A stretch of DNA of 64,000 nt from the human T2T-CHM13v2.0 reference genome, Homo sapiens, in the NCBI RefSeq assembly GCF_009914755.1, contig NC_060941.1; one strand, 5' to 3'. The notes beneath the pieces are model-generated. The model was not told the origin of the DNA, did no database searches, and saw nothing but the letters and a program-made list of their open reading frames with translations. The position numbers and the translations under genes were made by a program. Within the stretch, counting starts at the first letter, position 1. Every line of letters starts with the position of its first letter. Shown piece by piece: positions 43,990 to 64,000 of this stretch.

Positions 43990-45490
43990 ACAAAAATGAC
44001 AAGAACTAACCAAAACCCAAAAGAAACAAATAAGACAAGAGAAAATGGACCTATTGAAGACACAGATTTTGAAGTTATCAGACACAGGTTTTAAAATAAC
44101 TGTGATTAGTATGTTCAAGAAATTAGATGACAAAATGGAGAATTTTACCAGAGATCTGGACACACTAAAAAAAAAAAAAAAAAAAAAAAAAAAACAACAA
44201 TGAAAATTCTAAAAGCAAAAAACAGAAAATAAATAAATAAATATAAAATTAAGAACTCGATAAGTAGGTTAACAGCAGATTAACTACAACTGAAAAGAGG
44301 ACAGGAAGATAGCTCATAGAATATCCAGACTAAAGCTGGAGGGGTAAGAAAAAGGTTGGAAAGATATAGAAAAGAGCTGAAGACACATTTGGCACACAGT
44401 GAAAGATCTAACATATGTGTATTCAGAACTACACAAGGAGACAAGAAAGTGGAGCAGAAGCAACATCTGAAGAGATGAGTTCTGACTGAGAATTTTCCAA
44501 CACTGACAAAAAAAGCACCTAAAGATTTAAGAAGCAATATGAACCCAGAGCAGGATAAAAGACACACACATGGCCCAGTGTGGTGGCACATGCCTATAAT
44601 CCCAGCATTTTGGGAGTCTGAGGTGGAAGGATTGCTTGAAGCCAGGGATTCAAGACCAGCCTGGGCAACAAGGCCAGACCCTGTCTCTACAAAAAAAAAC
44701 TAAAAAAAAAATAAAAATTTAAGAAGACAGATACCCATAGATAAATCATAGTAAATTGCTGAATACTAAAAAGAAAGAAAAAAAATCTTTTTTTTTTTTT
44801 TTTCTGAGACGGAGTTTTGCTCTGTTGTCGTGGCTTGAGTGCAGCTGCACGATCTCGGCTCAAAGCAACCTCTGACTCCTGGGTTCAAGCGATTCTCCTG
44901 CCTCAGCCCCTCCCGAGTAGCTGAGATTACACGCATGCACCACCACACCTGGCTAATTTTTTTTTTGTATTTTTAGTAGAGACAGGGTTTCACCACATTG
45001 GCCAGGCTGGTTTCGAACTCCTGACCTTGTGATCCACCGGTCTTGGCCTCCCAAAGCGCTGAGATTACAAGCGAGAGCCACCACACCCAGCCTGAGAGAA
45101 AATCTTCAAAGCACACAAAGTTAGCTGGGCACGGTGGCTCACACCTGTAATTCCAGCACTTTGGGAGGCCAAGGTGGGCAGATCACAAGGTCAGGAGTTC
45201 GAGACCAGCCTGGCCAATATGGTGAAACCCTGTCTCTACTAAAAATACAAAAATTAGCTGGGCGTGGTGGCAGGCACCTGTAGTTCCAGCTACTCAAGAG
45301 GCTGAGGCAGCAGAATCGTTTCAAACTGGGAGGCGGAGGTTGCAGTGAGTCGAGATTGCGCTACTGCACTCCAGCCTGGCAACAGAGCGAGACTCTGTCT
45401 CAAAAAAAAAAGATAAATAAAAGCACATAAAGTAAAAATAAACTTTAACAAAATGAAAAAAAAAAGTTAATTTCTCAACAGAAACAATAG
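43990..45490 (+). mobile_element. Ancient L1M ORF1 remnant
   Basis: GAAGTTATCAGACACAGGTTTTAAAATAACTGTG, TTAACAGCAGATTAACTACAACTGAA, TTTCTCAACAGAAACAATAG. Confidence 0.65.
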
Positions 45491-45724
45491 TAACGCTGAG
45501 GAGGGCGGATCACCTGAGGTCAGGAGTTTGAGACCAGCCTAGCCAACATGGCAAAACCCCATCTCTACTAAAAATACAAAAATTAGGCCGGGCGTGTTGG
45601 CTCACGCCTGTAATCCCAGCACTTTGGGAGGCCGAGGTGGGCGGATCACTTGAGGTCAGGAGTTCAAGACCAGCCTGGCCAACATGGTGAAATCTGTCTC
45701 TATTAAAAATACAGAAAATAGTCA

Positions 45725-45859
<135 letters not shown>

Positions 45860-46906
45860 CTATCTCAAAACAAACAAACAAACAAAAAAACAATGTTTTG
45901 AGAAATAAAACAAGGCTGAGCATAGTGGCTCACATCTGTAATCTCAGCACTTTGGGAGGCTGAGGTAGGCAGATCACCTGAGGTCAGGAGTTTTAGACTA
46001 CCTGGCCAACATGGTAAAAACCCATCTGTACTAAACATACAAAAATTAGCTGGGTGTGGTGGCATGCAGTTACTTGGGAGGCTAAGGCAGGAGAATTGCT
46101 TGAACCCAGGAGGCACAGGCTGCACCACTGCACTCCAGCCTGGATGACAGAGCTAGACTCCATCTCAAAAAGGGGAAAAAAAAAATGACTGGCTTGCATA
46201 GCCTGGGCAACATGGTGAAATCCCATCTCTACAAAAAATATGAAAACTAGCAGGGTGTGGTGGTATACCCCTAGAGGTTCCAGCTACTCAAGGGGCTGAG
46301 ATGGGAGGATCGCTTGAGCCCCGGAGCTGAGGCTGCAATGAGCTGTGATTGCACCACTGCCCTCCAGCCTGGGCAACAGAACAAGACCGTCTCAAAACAA
46401 AAAACAAAAACAAGAACAGCCTGGGCAACATCGCGACATCCCATCTCTATTCAAAATAAATAATTTTTTTTTAAAGAAATAAAAGTAAAATGAAATAATT
46501 AATGGATTTTAGACTACAGGTTTTGGGTCCCACCTGAAGCCTAGCCACAGCAGCCACAGATCAAAGAATGCCAGCAACAGTCCACGGCTAGTACTTAAGA
46601 TATTCCAGCCTCCTAATGTTGGTTCTTCATCTTCCTAGCAGCCCTAACTTGGATGAATCAAGAAAAAGCTGGGTGGCCAGGTATGGTGGCTCATGCCTAT
46701 AATTTCTTCACTTTGGGAGGCCAAGGCAGGAGGATTGCTTGAGCCCAGGAATTTGAGACCAGTCTAGGCAACACAGCAAAACCTTGTCTCTACAAAAAAA
46801 AAGTTTATTTTAATTAGCTGGGTGTGGTGGCAGATGCTGGTGGTCCCAGCTCTACTTGACGGACTAAGTAGATTCCTTGAGAGAACCACTTGGGTCCAGG
46901 AGGTCA

Positions 46907-47391
<485 letters not shown>

Positions 47392-47691
47392 TCAGGATGA
47401 ATTCAGGGATCAGATGGGGTGAAAAAGGCAGCTATTCTGGCACAAGGTCCCAACACTTGCAGGTGGAACTGAGACAGACCAAATGGTAGAAATTCCCAGA
47501 AGCAGAGAGGGGAGTGAAAGACAGCTTCAGTCACTAATTACTTCCAATATAGGAAGTTCTCTCACTCTAGATCTCTTACCTGAAGGCAGAAAACAAATTT
47601 GTGCAAAACAAAAACAAACAAACAAAAAACTGTGCCTAAAATAATAGCTAACTGCTGAGAACAGAATGGGTAAAGGTAGGGAGTTCACTTA

Positions 47692-47799
<108 letters not shown>

Positions 47800-48443
47800 T
47801 TAAGCCTGAGTATTACTTCTAAAGGTCTTACAATTCCATAATTCACAGCCTACACTGACCTCCATTCATGTCCATCCACTTACTCAATAATTGTTTAGCT
47901 TTTTTTTTTTTTCTTTTTTTTGAGTCTCGCTCTGTCACCCAGGCTGGAGTGCAGTGGCATGATCTCGGCTCACTGCAAGCTCTGCCTCCCAGGTTCACGC
48001 CATTCTCCTGCCTCAGCCTCCTGAGTAGCTGGTACTACAGGCGCCCGCGACCACACGCGGCTAAATTTTTGTTTTAGTAGAGACGGGGTTTCACCGTGTT
48101 AGCCAGGATGGTCTCGATCTCCTGACCTCAGGATCCACCCGCCTCGGCCTCCCAAAGTCCTGGGATTACAGGCGTGAGCTACCACGCCCGGCCAATAATT
48201 GATTTTTTAATGTGTCAAGTCCTGGAAATTCAACCTTCTCCCTCTTAAATTAAGCACTCTAAAGAAAGACTAAGACTTCTCTCATAGTGAAATTTCAGAA
48301 TTCTAGAATCAAAGATAACATCTTATATGCACTAAAAACAGAAAAAACGGGTTTCATACAAATGCTCAAGAGTCAAAATAGGCCAGGTGCGGTGGCTCAT
48401 GTCTGTAATCCCAGCACTTTGGGAGGCCGAGGCAGGTAGATCA

Positions 48444-48707
<264 letters not shown>

Positions 48708-48786
48708 CTACTTGGGAGGCTGAGGCAGGAGAATACTTGAACTTAGGAGGCAGAGGTAGTGATCGCGCCACTGCACTCCAGCCTGA

Positions 48787-49083
<297 letters not shown>

Positions 49084-49251
49084 TGATCTGCCTGCCTCGG
49101 CCTCCCAAAGTGCTGGGATTACAGGCCTGAGCCATGGCACCTGGCAACACTGGGCTTCCTAACAGCAACATTAGAAGTTACAAAGACAGGCCGGGTGCAG
49201 TGGCTCACGCCTGTAATCCCAGCACTTTGGGAGGCCGAAGCAGGCAGATCA

Positions 49252-49503
<252 letters not shown>

Positions 49504-49506
49504 TCA

Positions 49507-49827
<321 letters not shown>

Positions 49828-50400
49828 TCATTCACTCATTCATTCATTCATTCACGGAGACAGGGTCTCACTCTGTCACCCAGGCTAGAGTACAGTGACG
49901 CCATCAGGGCTCACTGCAGCCTTGACCTCTGGGACTCATGCAATCCTCCCACTTCAGACTCCCAAGTAACTGGAACTGCAGGTGTGCACTACCACGCTTG
50001 GCTAATTTTCACTTTTTTTTAGTTTTTGTAGAGACAAGGTCTCACTGTGTTTCCCAGCTGGTATTCAACTCCTGCTCAAGTAAGTGATCCTCCTGCCTCA
50101 GCCTCCCAAAGTGTTGAGATTACAGGCATGACCCACCACGCCCAGACTTTGAGCAGTACTTTTAATTGAGGAAAAAATTATTTCTATCACAGAATTAAAT
50201 ACCTGGGCAAATTATAAATGAAGTGGGAAAATAAAAGAAAGATTTCTTTTTAGACTTGCAAGATCTTATTTATCCACCATGCAGCCTTTCTCAGGCAGCT
50301 GCTAGAAAATGTGCTCCACCAAAGTAATGAAATAGACTATGAAAACATAAAGACATAGGATCCAAGCAACAGGGAATACAACGTAAGAGGGAGGCAATCA

Positions 50401-50658
<258 letters not shown>

Positions 50659-50765
50659 TTAAGAGCAACTAGTCCAGATTAAAACAGGTAAGAAGACTCC
50701 AGGAAGGATTTCTTGAAAAAGATGAAATTAATAAAATATTTAATGTTGCAGGGCGTGGTGGCTCA

Positions 50766-51161
<396 letters not shown>

Positions 51162-51364
51162 TCATAATATACTATATAACTCAGCTGTCAACAGCATTTT
51201 TCCAAGTCATAACAATATAGAGAATTTGATTTAATCAAAGTATTAATTTAAGTGTGTTAAAGGAATTTATCCCAGGGATGTGAGGTTGGTTTAATATTTG
51301 AAAATCAATTAATAAGGCTGGGCACGGTGCCTCACGCCTGTAATGCCAGCACTTTGGGAGGTCA

Positions 51365-51947
<583 letters not shown>

Positions 51948-52948
51948 TGAGTAGCTGAGATTACAGGTATGTGCCACCATGCTTGGCTAAATTTTGTATC
52001 TTTAGTAGAGATGGGATCTCACCATGTTGGCCAGGCTGGTCTCGAACTCCCGACCTCAGGTGATCCGCCAGCCTTGGCTTCCCAAAGTGCTGGGATTACA
52101 GTTGTGAGCCACCGCATCCAGCCACCATCCCAACTTTAAATATCATTTCCTCAGGCAAGTCTTCTCTGATCTCCCAGACCAAGTTATCTTTTTTTTTTTT
52201 GAGACAGAGTCTTGCTCTGTCGCCCAGGCTGGAGTGCAGTGGTGCAATCTCGGCTCACTGCAAGCTCTGCCTCCTGAGTTCACACCATTCTCCGGCCTCA
52301 GCCTCCTGAGTAGCTGGGACTACAGGCGCCCACCACCGCGCCTGGCTAATTTTTTGTATTTTTAGTAGAGACGGGGTTTCCCTGTGTTAGCCAGGATGGT
52401 CTCGATCTCCTGACCTCGTGATCCACCTGCCTCGTCATCCCAAAGCGCTGGGATTACAGGCGTGAGCCACTGCGCCCGGCCATTATCTTTCCCTGTCATA
52501 TGCTCCCACGGCACTCCTACTTCACTACACCTATAATTATTTGTGTGCGATCAGTATTTAATGACTGTTTTCCTCCCCTAGAAGAGAACTGCATGGTAAA
52601 ACTGTATGTGCTTTGTTCATCATCACCATGGACCCTGCTCACAGTCCAGGAGAGAAATACATGAGAGGAAACATTGCAGTACAGAGTATTAGGAGAAATA
52701 AATACAAGTGTGCAATTACAATCACAGCAAAGGCAGCACCAAAAATAGTCATGGAGGCCTTAGAAACAAACATGATAGCCCGGCGTGGTGGCTCACGCCT
52801 GTAATCCCAGCACTTTGGGAGGCCTGAGGCTGGCGGATCACCTGAGGTCGGGAGTTCAAGACCAGCCTGACCAACATGGAGAAACCCCGTCTCTATTAAA
52901 AATACAAAATTAGCCGGACGTGGTGGCACATGCCTGTAATCCCAGCTA

Positions 52949-53056
<108 letters not shown>

Positions 53057-53309
53057 TCAAAAAAAGAAGAAAAAGTAGGAGGGGAAAAAGACATTTCAGG
53101 CAAAGGAAAGGATGTGCAAAGACAAAGAGGAATGGTACAGTACTGGCAAGGAATTGGCAATTAGTTTGGAAATGCTAAAATTTAGGATGAGAAAAATGGA
53201 ATAAGGACAAAGAATGATGGTGGAGAAAAAGGCAAGGACCAGATTATAAAAGCTTTGTATACCACTGAAGATATCTGGATTTTATTCTTTGGTTAACAGG
53301 AAGCCATAA

Positions 53310-53477
<168 letters not shown>

Positions 53478-54246
53478 TAGCTGGGATTACAGGCATGTGC
53501 CACCACGCCCGGCTAATTTTGCATTTTTAGTAGAGACGAGGTTTCTCCACGTTGGTCAGGCTGGTTTTCGATTCCTGACCTCAGGTGATCTGCCCACCTC
53601 AGCCTCCCAAAGTGCTGGGATTACAGACGTGAGCCACCGCACCCAGCCAATAAAATCTGTATGTAGAGAAATAAGTCATGGCCATGTGAAGAATTCATAC
53701 TTACTCAATATACTTATGCACATAAACCTATACATGATTTACATATAGTGACAGCGGCTACTCTGGGCACACTGGCCTATGGGGTAGCCCTGCTCTGCAA
53801 TGAACAGTACAAATTTAAAAAAAAAGATAGATACAGTCAGAGCTAGACTGGCTGGGTGTGACGGGTCACACCTGTAATCCCAGAATTTTGGGAGGCTGAG
53901 GTGGGAGGACTGCTTGAGCCCAGGAGTTCGAGACCAGCCTGGGCAACATAGTGATACCCCGTCTCTACAAAAATTTCTTTTAAAAATTAGCCAGGTCGGC
54001 TGGGCGCAGTGGCTTACGCCTGTAATCCCAGCAATTCAGGAGGCCGAGGTGGGTGGATCACGAGGTCAAGAGACAGAGACCATCTTGGCCAACATGGTGA
54101 AACCCCGTCTTTACTAAAAATACAAAAATTAGCTGGGCATGGTGGCATGCGTCTGTAGTCCAGCTACTCGGGAGGCTGAGGCAGGAGAATCTCTTGAACC
54201 CGGGAGGCAGAGGTTGCGGTGAGTTAAGAGTGAAACTCCGTCTCAA

Positions 54247-54248
54247 AA

Positions 54249-54287
<39 letters not shown>
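54247..54287. repeat. (TAAA)n Alu-tail microsatellite
   Basis: Direct observation; similar tracts at ~35803-35840 and ~26696-26722. Confidence 0.9.
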
Positions 54288-54469
54288 AGGGCTGGGCGTG
54301 GTGGCTCTCGCCTGTAATCCCAGCACCTTTGGGAGGCCAAGGCGGGCCTCCTGAGGTCAGGAGTTCAAGACCAGCCTGACCAACAGACCAACATGGAGAA
54401 ACCACATCTCTACTAAAAATACAAAATTAGCCAGGCATGGTGGCACATGCCTGTAATCCCAGCTACTCA

Positions 54470-54574
<105 letters not shown>

Positions 54575-54862
54575 TCAAAAAAAAAAAAAATTAAATATAT
54601 GATTAAAAAAGGATCCTATACACTCCAAAGTCAACTCCCTAACTGATATGACAAAAATTACCAATAAAGGCAGGGATGCTGAGAATCAGGAAGCCCACAT
54701 TATTCTGCATTAAATACAGACTCTAGTACAAAGGAGAAAATACCATCATGTTATTAAGAGAATGACACCCAACCCAATTAACCCAAAAAGGTCTCTTTGG
54801 GATAAAGTAGCAACAAAAAATTGTTATTCTAATACCAATACCCAATTGTCTCAGACACCTAC

Positions 54863-55012
<150 letters not shown>

Positions 55013-55689
55013 TTAAGAAAGTGTTGAAAGATTGAGAAAAACTCATAAAATTGAAGTAATGTAAAATTGGGAAGGATTGTGGATATGAAGTAGACTAATG
55101 AAACAGACTTCCATGTAGAGAGAACTATGTTACACTAGAAAAAAACAAAACAAGGCCGGGCACAGTGGCTCACACCTGTAATCCCAGCACTTTGGGAGGC
55201 CGAGGCGGGCGGATCACAAAGTCAGGAATTCAAGACCAGCCTGGCCAAGATGGTGAAACCCCATCTCTACTAAAAATACAAAAATTAGCCGGGCATGGTG
55301 GCAGGTGCCTGTAATCCCAGCTACTTGGAAGGCTGAGGTAGGAGAATCGCTTGAACCCAGGGGGGCAGAGGTTGCAGTGAGCCCAGATTGTGCCACTGGG
55401 CGACAGAACGAGACTCTGTCTCAAAAAACAAAACAAAACAAAAAAAGCCAGAAAGATTTAAGTCTTCTCTCAGAGCCTCAGTTTCTACTTCCACAAAATG
55501 GAGAAATTTCACTCTTGCCTTCTAGGGACAGTGTGAAAGTAAGTTCAAAGAACAACTTCATGATATATAGTGTATATAAGGTTAATCATTATTGAGGCTG
55601 AACTGACTTCGTGCTTAATTAAATATTATCAATCATAGTCCAAGTCATCCCAAGTTCCAGAAGATCTCTGACAGAAGGATCCCAGGTCA

Positions 55690-55914
<225 letters not shown>

Positions 55915-57001
55915 CTAGAAAAAAGATCTACTATCTTTTACAAACTCTAAGCAAAGCACTATAGAGAGGGAATATCCAAAGAATGCTTCAGGAACAATTA
56001 TAAAACAATATCACAGGGAAAAAATGCATTAGGACCTTAATACTTATGGGTGTCTCTAAATAGAAGACAGTTAGCAACCTTTATTAACATCACATTTACT
56101 AAAGGCTTTCCTTTAGAACTTCCCACAGTACAGGACTATGCTAACACCTACGGATACTGAGTTGATCAAAGCAAGTTTCAAAAACTGATGGTGATGGGGA
56201 AACACCAACTCAATACTGAAATGGGCAGAATACTATTCTTTATTATTTTTTGAGGCAGATCGCTAGCCTGGAGTGCGGTGGCACGATCACGGTTCACTGC
56301 AGCCTTGACCTCCTTGGGCTCTAGCTATCCTCCCACCGCAGCCTCCCAAGTAGTTGGGACTAAGGAGTGCGCCATCGCATCCGGCTAATTTTAAAATTTT
56401 TTTGTAAAGACCAGGTCTTATATGTTGCCCAGGCTCATTTCGAACTCCTGGGCTCAAGCCATCCTTCTGCCTCGGACTTTCAAAGTGCTGGGATTACAAG
56501 TGTGAACCACCGCGCCTGGCCCTGAATGCTATGCTTAAAGCATAAGCAAAGTCCTCTTGTAGGCATCTGCTCCATATGTACTCGTGATATTTTGCTCATC
56601 CTATCGGGAGTCTCGCTGTAAACTTTATTCTGTCGTTTTAGCACCCAACTGACCAATAAACCCTCGAAAGACCAGGAGACCTTTTCTCTCTGATCATGAG
56701 GTTTGCTCAGACGGGGCGGTGACAATATGGGACGCCCTCATTTTCGGCTACTCTTCAACGTAGTTCACTTATAAGAATCGAAGATTAGGGAGTCCACCTT
56801 CCAACCCATTACTTGTCTCTCCTTTAATATCTCCTCGCCAGACAGACCCAAACCAATCCGGAAAAACTTAATACCCGTTAATTCACTCGCTCTCATGGCC
56901 CTGTCTAGGCTATCCCCATTCGACCACTGAGCTCCGCAGCTAGGTCCTGTCCACCTAAGCCTCTTCCCCGGCCTAGGTATGACTCGTATTGTCCCAGCTC
57001 A

Positions 57002-57500
<499 letters not shown>

Positions 57501-57601
57501 TATTCCATTAGTTAAAAAAGGAAAAGGAGGCCGGGCGCGGTGGCTCACGCCTGTAATCCCAGCACTTTGGGAGGCCGAGACCGGTGGATCACCTGAAGTC
57601 A

Positions 57602-57781
<180 letters not shown>

Positions 57782-58371
57782 CTAAAAAAAAAAAATTAGT
57801 CGTAGGGTGGAACGCACGGTTGTCATGCGCCAGCAAGAGAGCGCCGGGCTTGGTGGCAGGCGGCTGTAGTCTGAGCTACTTGGGAGGCTAAGGCAGGAGA
57901 CTCCCTCGAACACAGGAGGCGGAGGCTGCAGTGATCCGAGATCCCGCCACTCTACTCCAGCCTCGGTGACAGAGAAAGACTTTGTCTCAAAAAAAAAAAA
58001 AGAGATTGACTACTATCTTCTACTATGTTTACTAAAGCAGAAGACACGTGAATTGACAAAAACATTTGTGATTTGTCATTTCGGAAAAGAGTCACAGAGC
58101 AATTACGTAATTTACTTAAGGTTAGATAGGTGATAACTGGCAGAACCGAGATTCGAATCTAAGCAGCCTAATTCCAGAACCCATGCAGGTAACTGCTACG
58201 TGCTGCTTCATGTTGAGTTGTTAAAGGATTCGTGATGTTGGGATCACCCTGGTAAATTCAGTAGCGTAAACGTTGCTGAAAGGCAGACACTTTCCACACT
58301 TAGCCGTTGGTTATTATTCTGCCAATTACAGCTTACAGAGTTCTTATCTACAATATTTTGCAATAAGTTAG

Positions 58372-58779
<408 letters not shown>

Positions 58780-59124
58780 TAAAGCTTGACTTCGCAGCTA
58801 TATCGTACATTCTTCTGTGGTAAGTATTTCCCTACAAGTTCCAGCCACAGTATTGAACCTATAGCACGACACATTAATAGTGTCATGAAATTAGTGCTGT
58901 ATGTATGTGTTGAAGAGTATGTGGGGTCGTGTGGGGTGGCTCACACTTGTAATCCCAGCACTTGGAGAGGCGGAAGTGGGTTAGATCCCTCGAGCCCAGG
59001 AGTTTGAGACCAGCCTGCCCAACATGGCAAAACCCTATCTCTACAAAAAATTAAAAAATTAGGCCAGGTGCGGTGGCTCACACCTGTAATCCCTGCACTT
59101 TGGGAGGCCGAGGCAGGCGAATCA

Positions 59125-59494
<370 letters not shown>

Positions 59495-59572
59495 CTATAG
59501 AAGCATAGGGAAACAAGAAAAAAGAAAAAAATAGAATATATGTTATTAAGCATTTAAATAAGCTATATCTGA

Positions 59573-59845
<273 letters not shown>

Positions 59846-60302
59846 TGACCTCAGGTGATCCATCTGCCTCGGCCTCCCAGAGTTCTGGGATTACAGGCGT
59901 GAGCCACCGCGCCTGGCCAAGATTATTGATTAATGCAGAACATTAATATAATTTATCTTAGATTACTTCCTCCACCATTGAGTTTTATGTTAGCCTCACA
60001 CAGTAGCCAACACATCCCACATCATCTCTGCCCACCCTCTGATCAGTTTCTCAGTTAATACAAACTTGTTCCATATCAGCCTGGATGAAATAATGATAGG
60101 GGAGTCAATATCATTTAATTGCTTAGAGATGAGCTATAAGTGAGTTTTGTTGTTTGATGAGCTACTGTTTTGGAAAATTCATATCTTCCTACCTCATCAG
60201 CTTCATGGAAAATTGGGAGCTAGCCAGGCACAGTGGCTCACGTGTGTAATCCTAGCACTTTGGGAGGCTGAGGCAGGCAGATCACCTGAGGTCAGGAGCT
60301 CA

Positions 60303-60867
<565 letters not shown>

Positions 60868-61247
60868 TTACAGGCATGAGCCACCATACCCAGCCAAAAA
60901 GGGTATTTCTTAATCCTACAATCTTCGTAGTTCACATTTCAGAAAAAGCAAGATAAAAAGATCTTGTCACGATGATGGGAGCAAGAGAAGAGAACTCATT
61001 GTGCAAGTAGAGGAAGGAATCGATTGTTAGGGGCTCAGTCTTGCAAAGAACACTCTTGCACATAGTAGACACTCCAATATTTATTTATACAATAAGCAGA
61101 TGTGAAGAATTCCAGTTGAAATATGATGAGGCAGGCCGGGCGCGGTGGCTCATGCCTGTAATCCCAGCACTTTGGGTGGCCAAGGCGGGTGGATCACGAG
61201 GTCAGGAGATCGAGACCATCCTGGCTAACACGGAAACCCCATCTCTA

Positions 61248-61568
<321 letters not shown>

Positions 61569-61636
61569 CTAATCCCAGCACTTTTGGAGGCTGAGGCAGG
61601 CGGATTGCTTGAGGCCAGGAGTTCGAGACCAGCCTA

Positions 61637-61840
<204 letters not shown>

Positions 61841-62616
61841 TTAAATAAATGGAGACCAAAGAGAATGAGACTCTTCCTATGTAAGCAGTGGAGCACACAC
61901 TTACATTTTTTCCCCTCCCAGTGGCAGATGACATCAGAGATGGAAACTTCAGAAATTCTGCGTAGTGACCTACTTTCTAGGAGAAGCACAGCTGATTTGA
62001 ACCAGGAAAATTCTTCTGGAGATCTGGGAAGAACCCAATTCTAAACAATATGATACTAGAATTGAAGCAAGTACCAGGCTTGCCATGTATTTATATTGTA
62101 CTTCCCTTCCCTAAAGTGAGACTATGGAGAGCAAAATAAGTGAATTGTCCAAAATAAGGTGCCGTAGAAGAAACAAGGATCCTGACTTTCTAAGAAATAT
62201 TCTCAACTGAGCTTTAGTTAATTAGTTAGTTAGTTAGAGATGGAGTCTCGCTTTGGCACCCATGCTGAGGTGCAGTGGTACCATCACAGCTCACTGCTGC
62301 CTTAAATTCCTGGGCTCAAGGGATCCTCTTGCTTCAGTCTCCCTAGTAGCTGGGACTACAAGAGCATGCCACCATATCCAGCTTTTTTTTTTTTTTTTGT
62401 AGAGACAAGGTCTTGCCATTTTGCCCAGGCTAGTCTCAAACTCCTGGGCTCAAGCAATCCTCCCCTCTCAGTATCCCAAAGTGTTGGGATTACAGGCGTG
62501 AGCCACCACGCTCGGCTTCAGCTGATCTTTAGCTAACAATATTATTAGAGCTTGTTTGTCACTCGAGTTGACTGTATATGGCTTTCACATAGTGAAAGTG
62601 GTTAAGAATGCTATAG

Positions 62617-62751
<135 letters not shown>

Positions 62752-62793
62752 TGAGACTATCCTGGACAACATGGTGAAACCCTGTCTCTACTA

Positions 62794-63361
<568 letters not shown>

Positions 63362-64000
63362 TTATAATTACTGCTTCCAAGCCCCATCATAGCCCTGAAA
63401 GGGATATAAGGAGCCTAGCAGAAACCTGGAAAGTGTAACTGCTCTTTGTGCTGGACACAGATAACATCCCTGCCCCCAGAGTCCACCCCAGTGCAGCGTG
63501 CCTAAAGCAGGAGAGTTCCTGTTGGATGGATGAACAAGAAGTCCACAGGAAGCCCTGAGCGTTAGCTCTCTTCCCCTAGAGAGCAGTTCTCGCCTTTGCT
63601 GAAGCTAAGACCACTGAAATGCAGGTAGCTTCCAAGCCCAAAAGTCATTCCTTATTCCTGTGCTGAAGGTCTTTCTTCTCTTAGCTGCTGTTCTTTCCCA
63701 TCTATCCTTCCACTCACCCCTGCTGCTGGGGACAAATCCTTTTCCTTTACCTCTTTCTGCTTGCTTGCCCTAGATTCCTTATTCTAAAGACAGGTTTCAG
63801 AAGAGATGTTGCTTGCTCACCTTGGCTGAGCCAGAAAAGAAGCCCATGCATCCCATTGCTCAAGCTAGGTCTAGAATTAATCCCTCACCTCTTCTTGCTC
63901 CACTTTCACCCCAGATGGCTAAATCAAGCAATAATCCTAAAAGGGAATTTCAGGCTATTTTCAACTCCCCACATCCCCCACCTCCCACACCACGTTTAGG

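Noticed and set aside
60920-60980. Faint resemblance to U13 snoRNA 5' end
   Set aside because: Only ~15 nt of loose similarity; no box C/D structure.

Overview
Primate, almost certainly human, genomic DNA. From the translated exons I recognise it as the EFCAB13 / MRPL45P2 interval of 17q21.32; this is from memory and no database was searched. Most of the window is interspersed repeat: an L1/LTR-rich left ~8.8 kb, then a very Alu-dense remainder. Three gene-derived modules are supported by splice sites and translation. (1) On +, the terminal coding exon of EFCAB13 (5098-5381), which reads through a perfect splice donor at 5170 into intron-like sequence. (2) On -, an unprocessed MRPL45 copy with an intact CpG-island promoter and exons 1-4 only; exon 3 is frameshifted by a 13-bp tandem duplication. 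(3) On -, a single orphan 110-nt MLLT10 (AF10)-like PZP-domain exon (21341-21450) with intact splice sites, downstream of the MRPL45 exons and phase-compatible with MRPL45 exon 2. The most interesting reading is an evolutionary breakpoint mosaic: two 3'-truncated genes facing each other across foreign duplicated DNA, possibly producing a chimeric MRPL45-MLLT10 transcript. Candidate junctions lie at ~8840 and ~39380-39640. Nearly all ORFs in the supplied track are Alu or L1 artefacts. Repeat subfamily names and boundaries are by eye and approximate.
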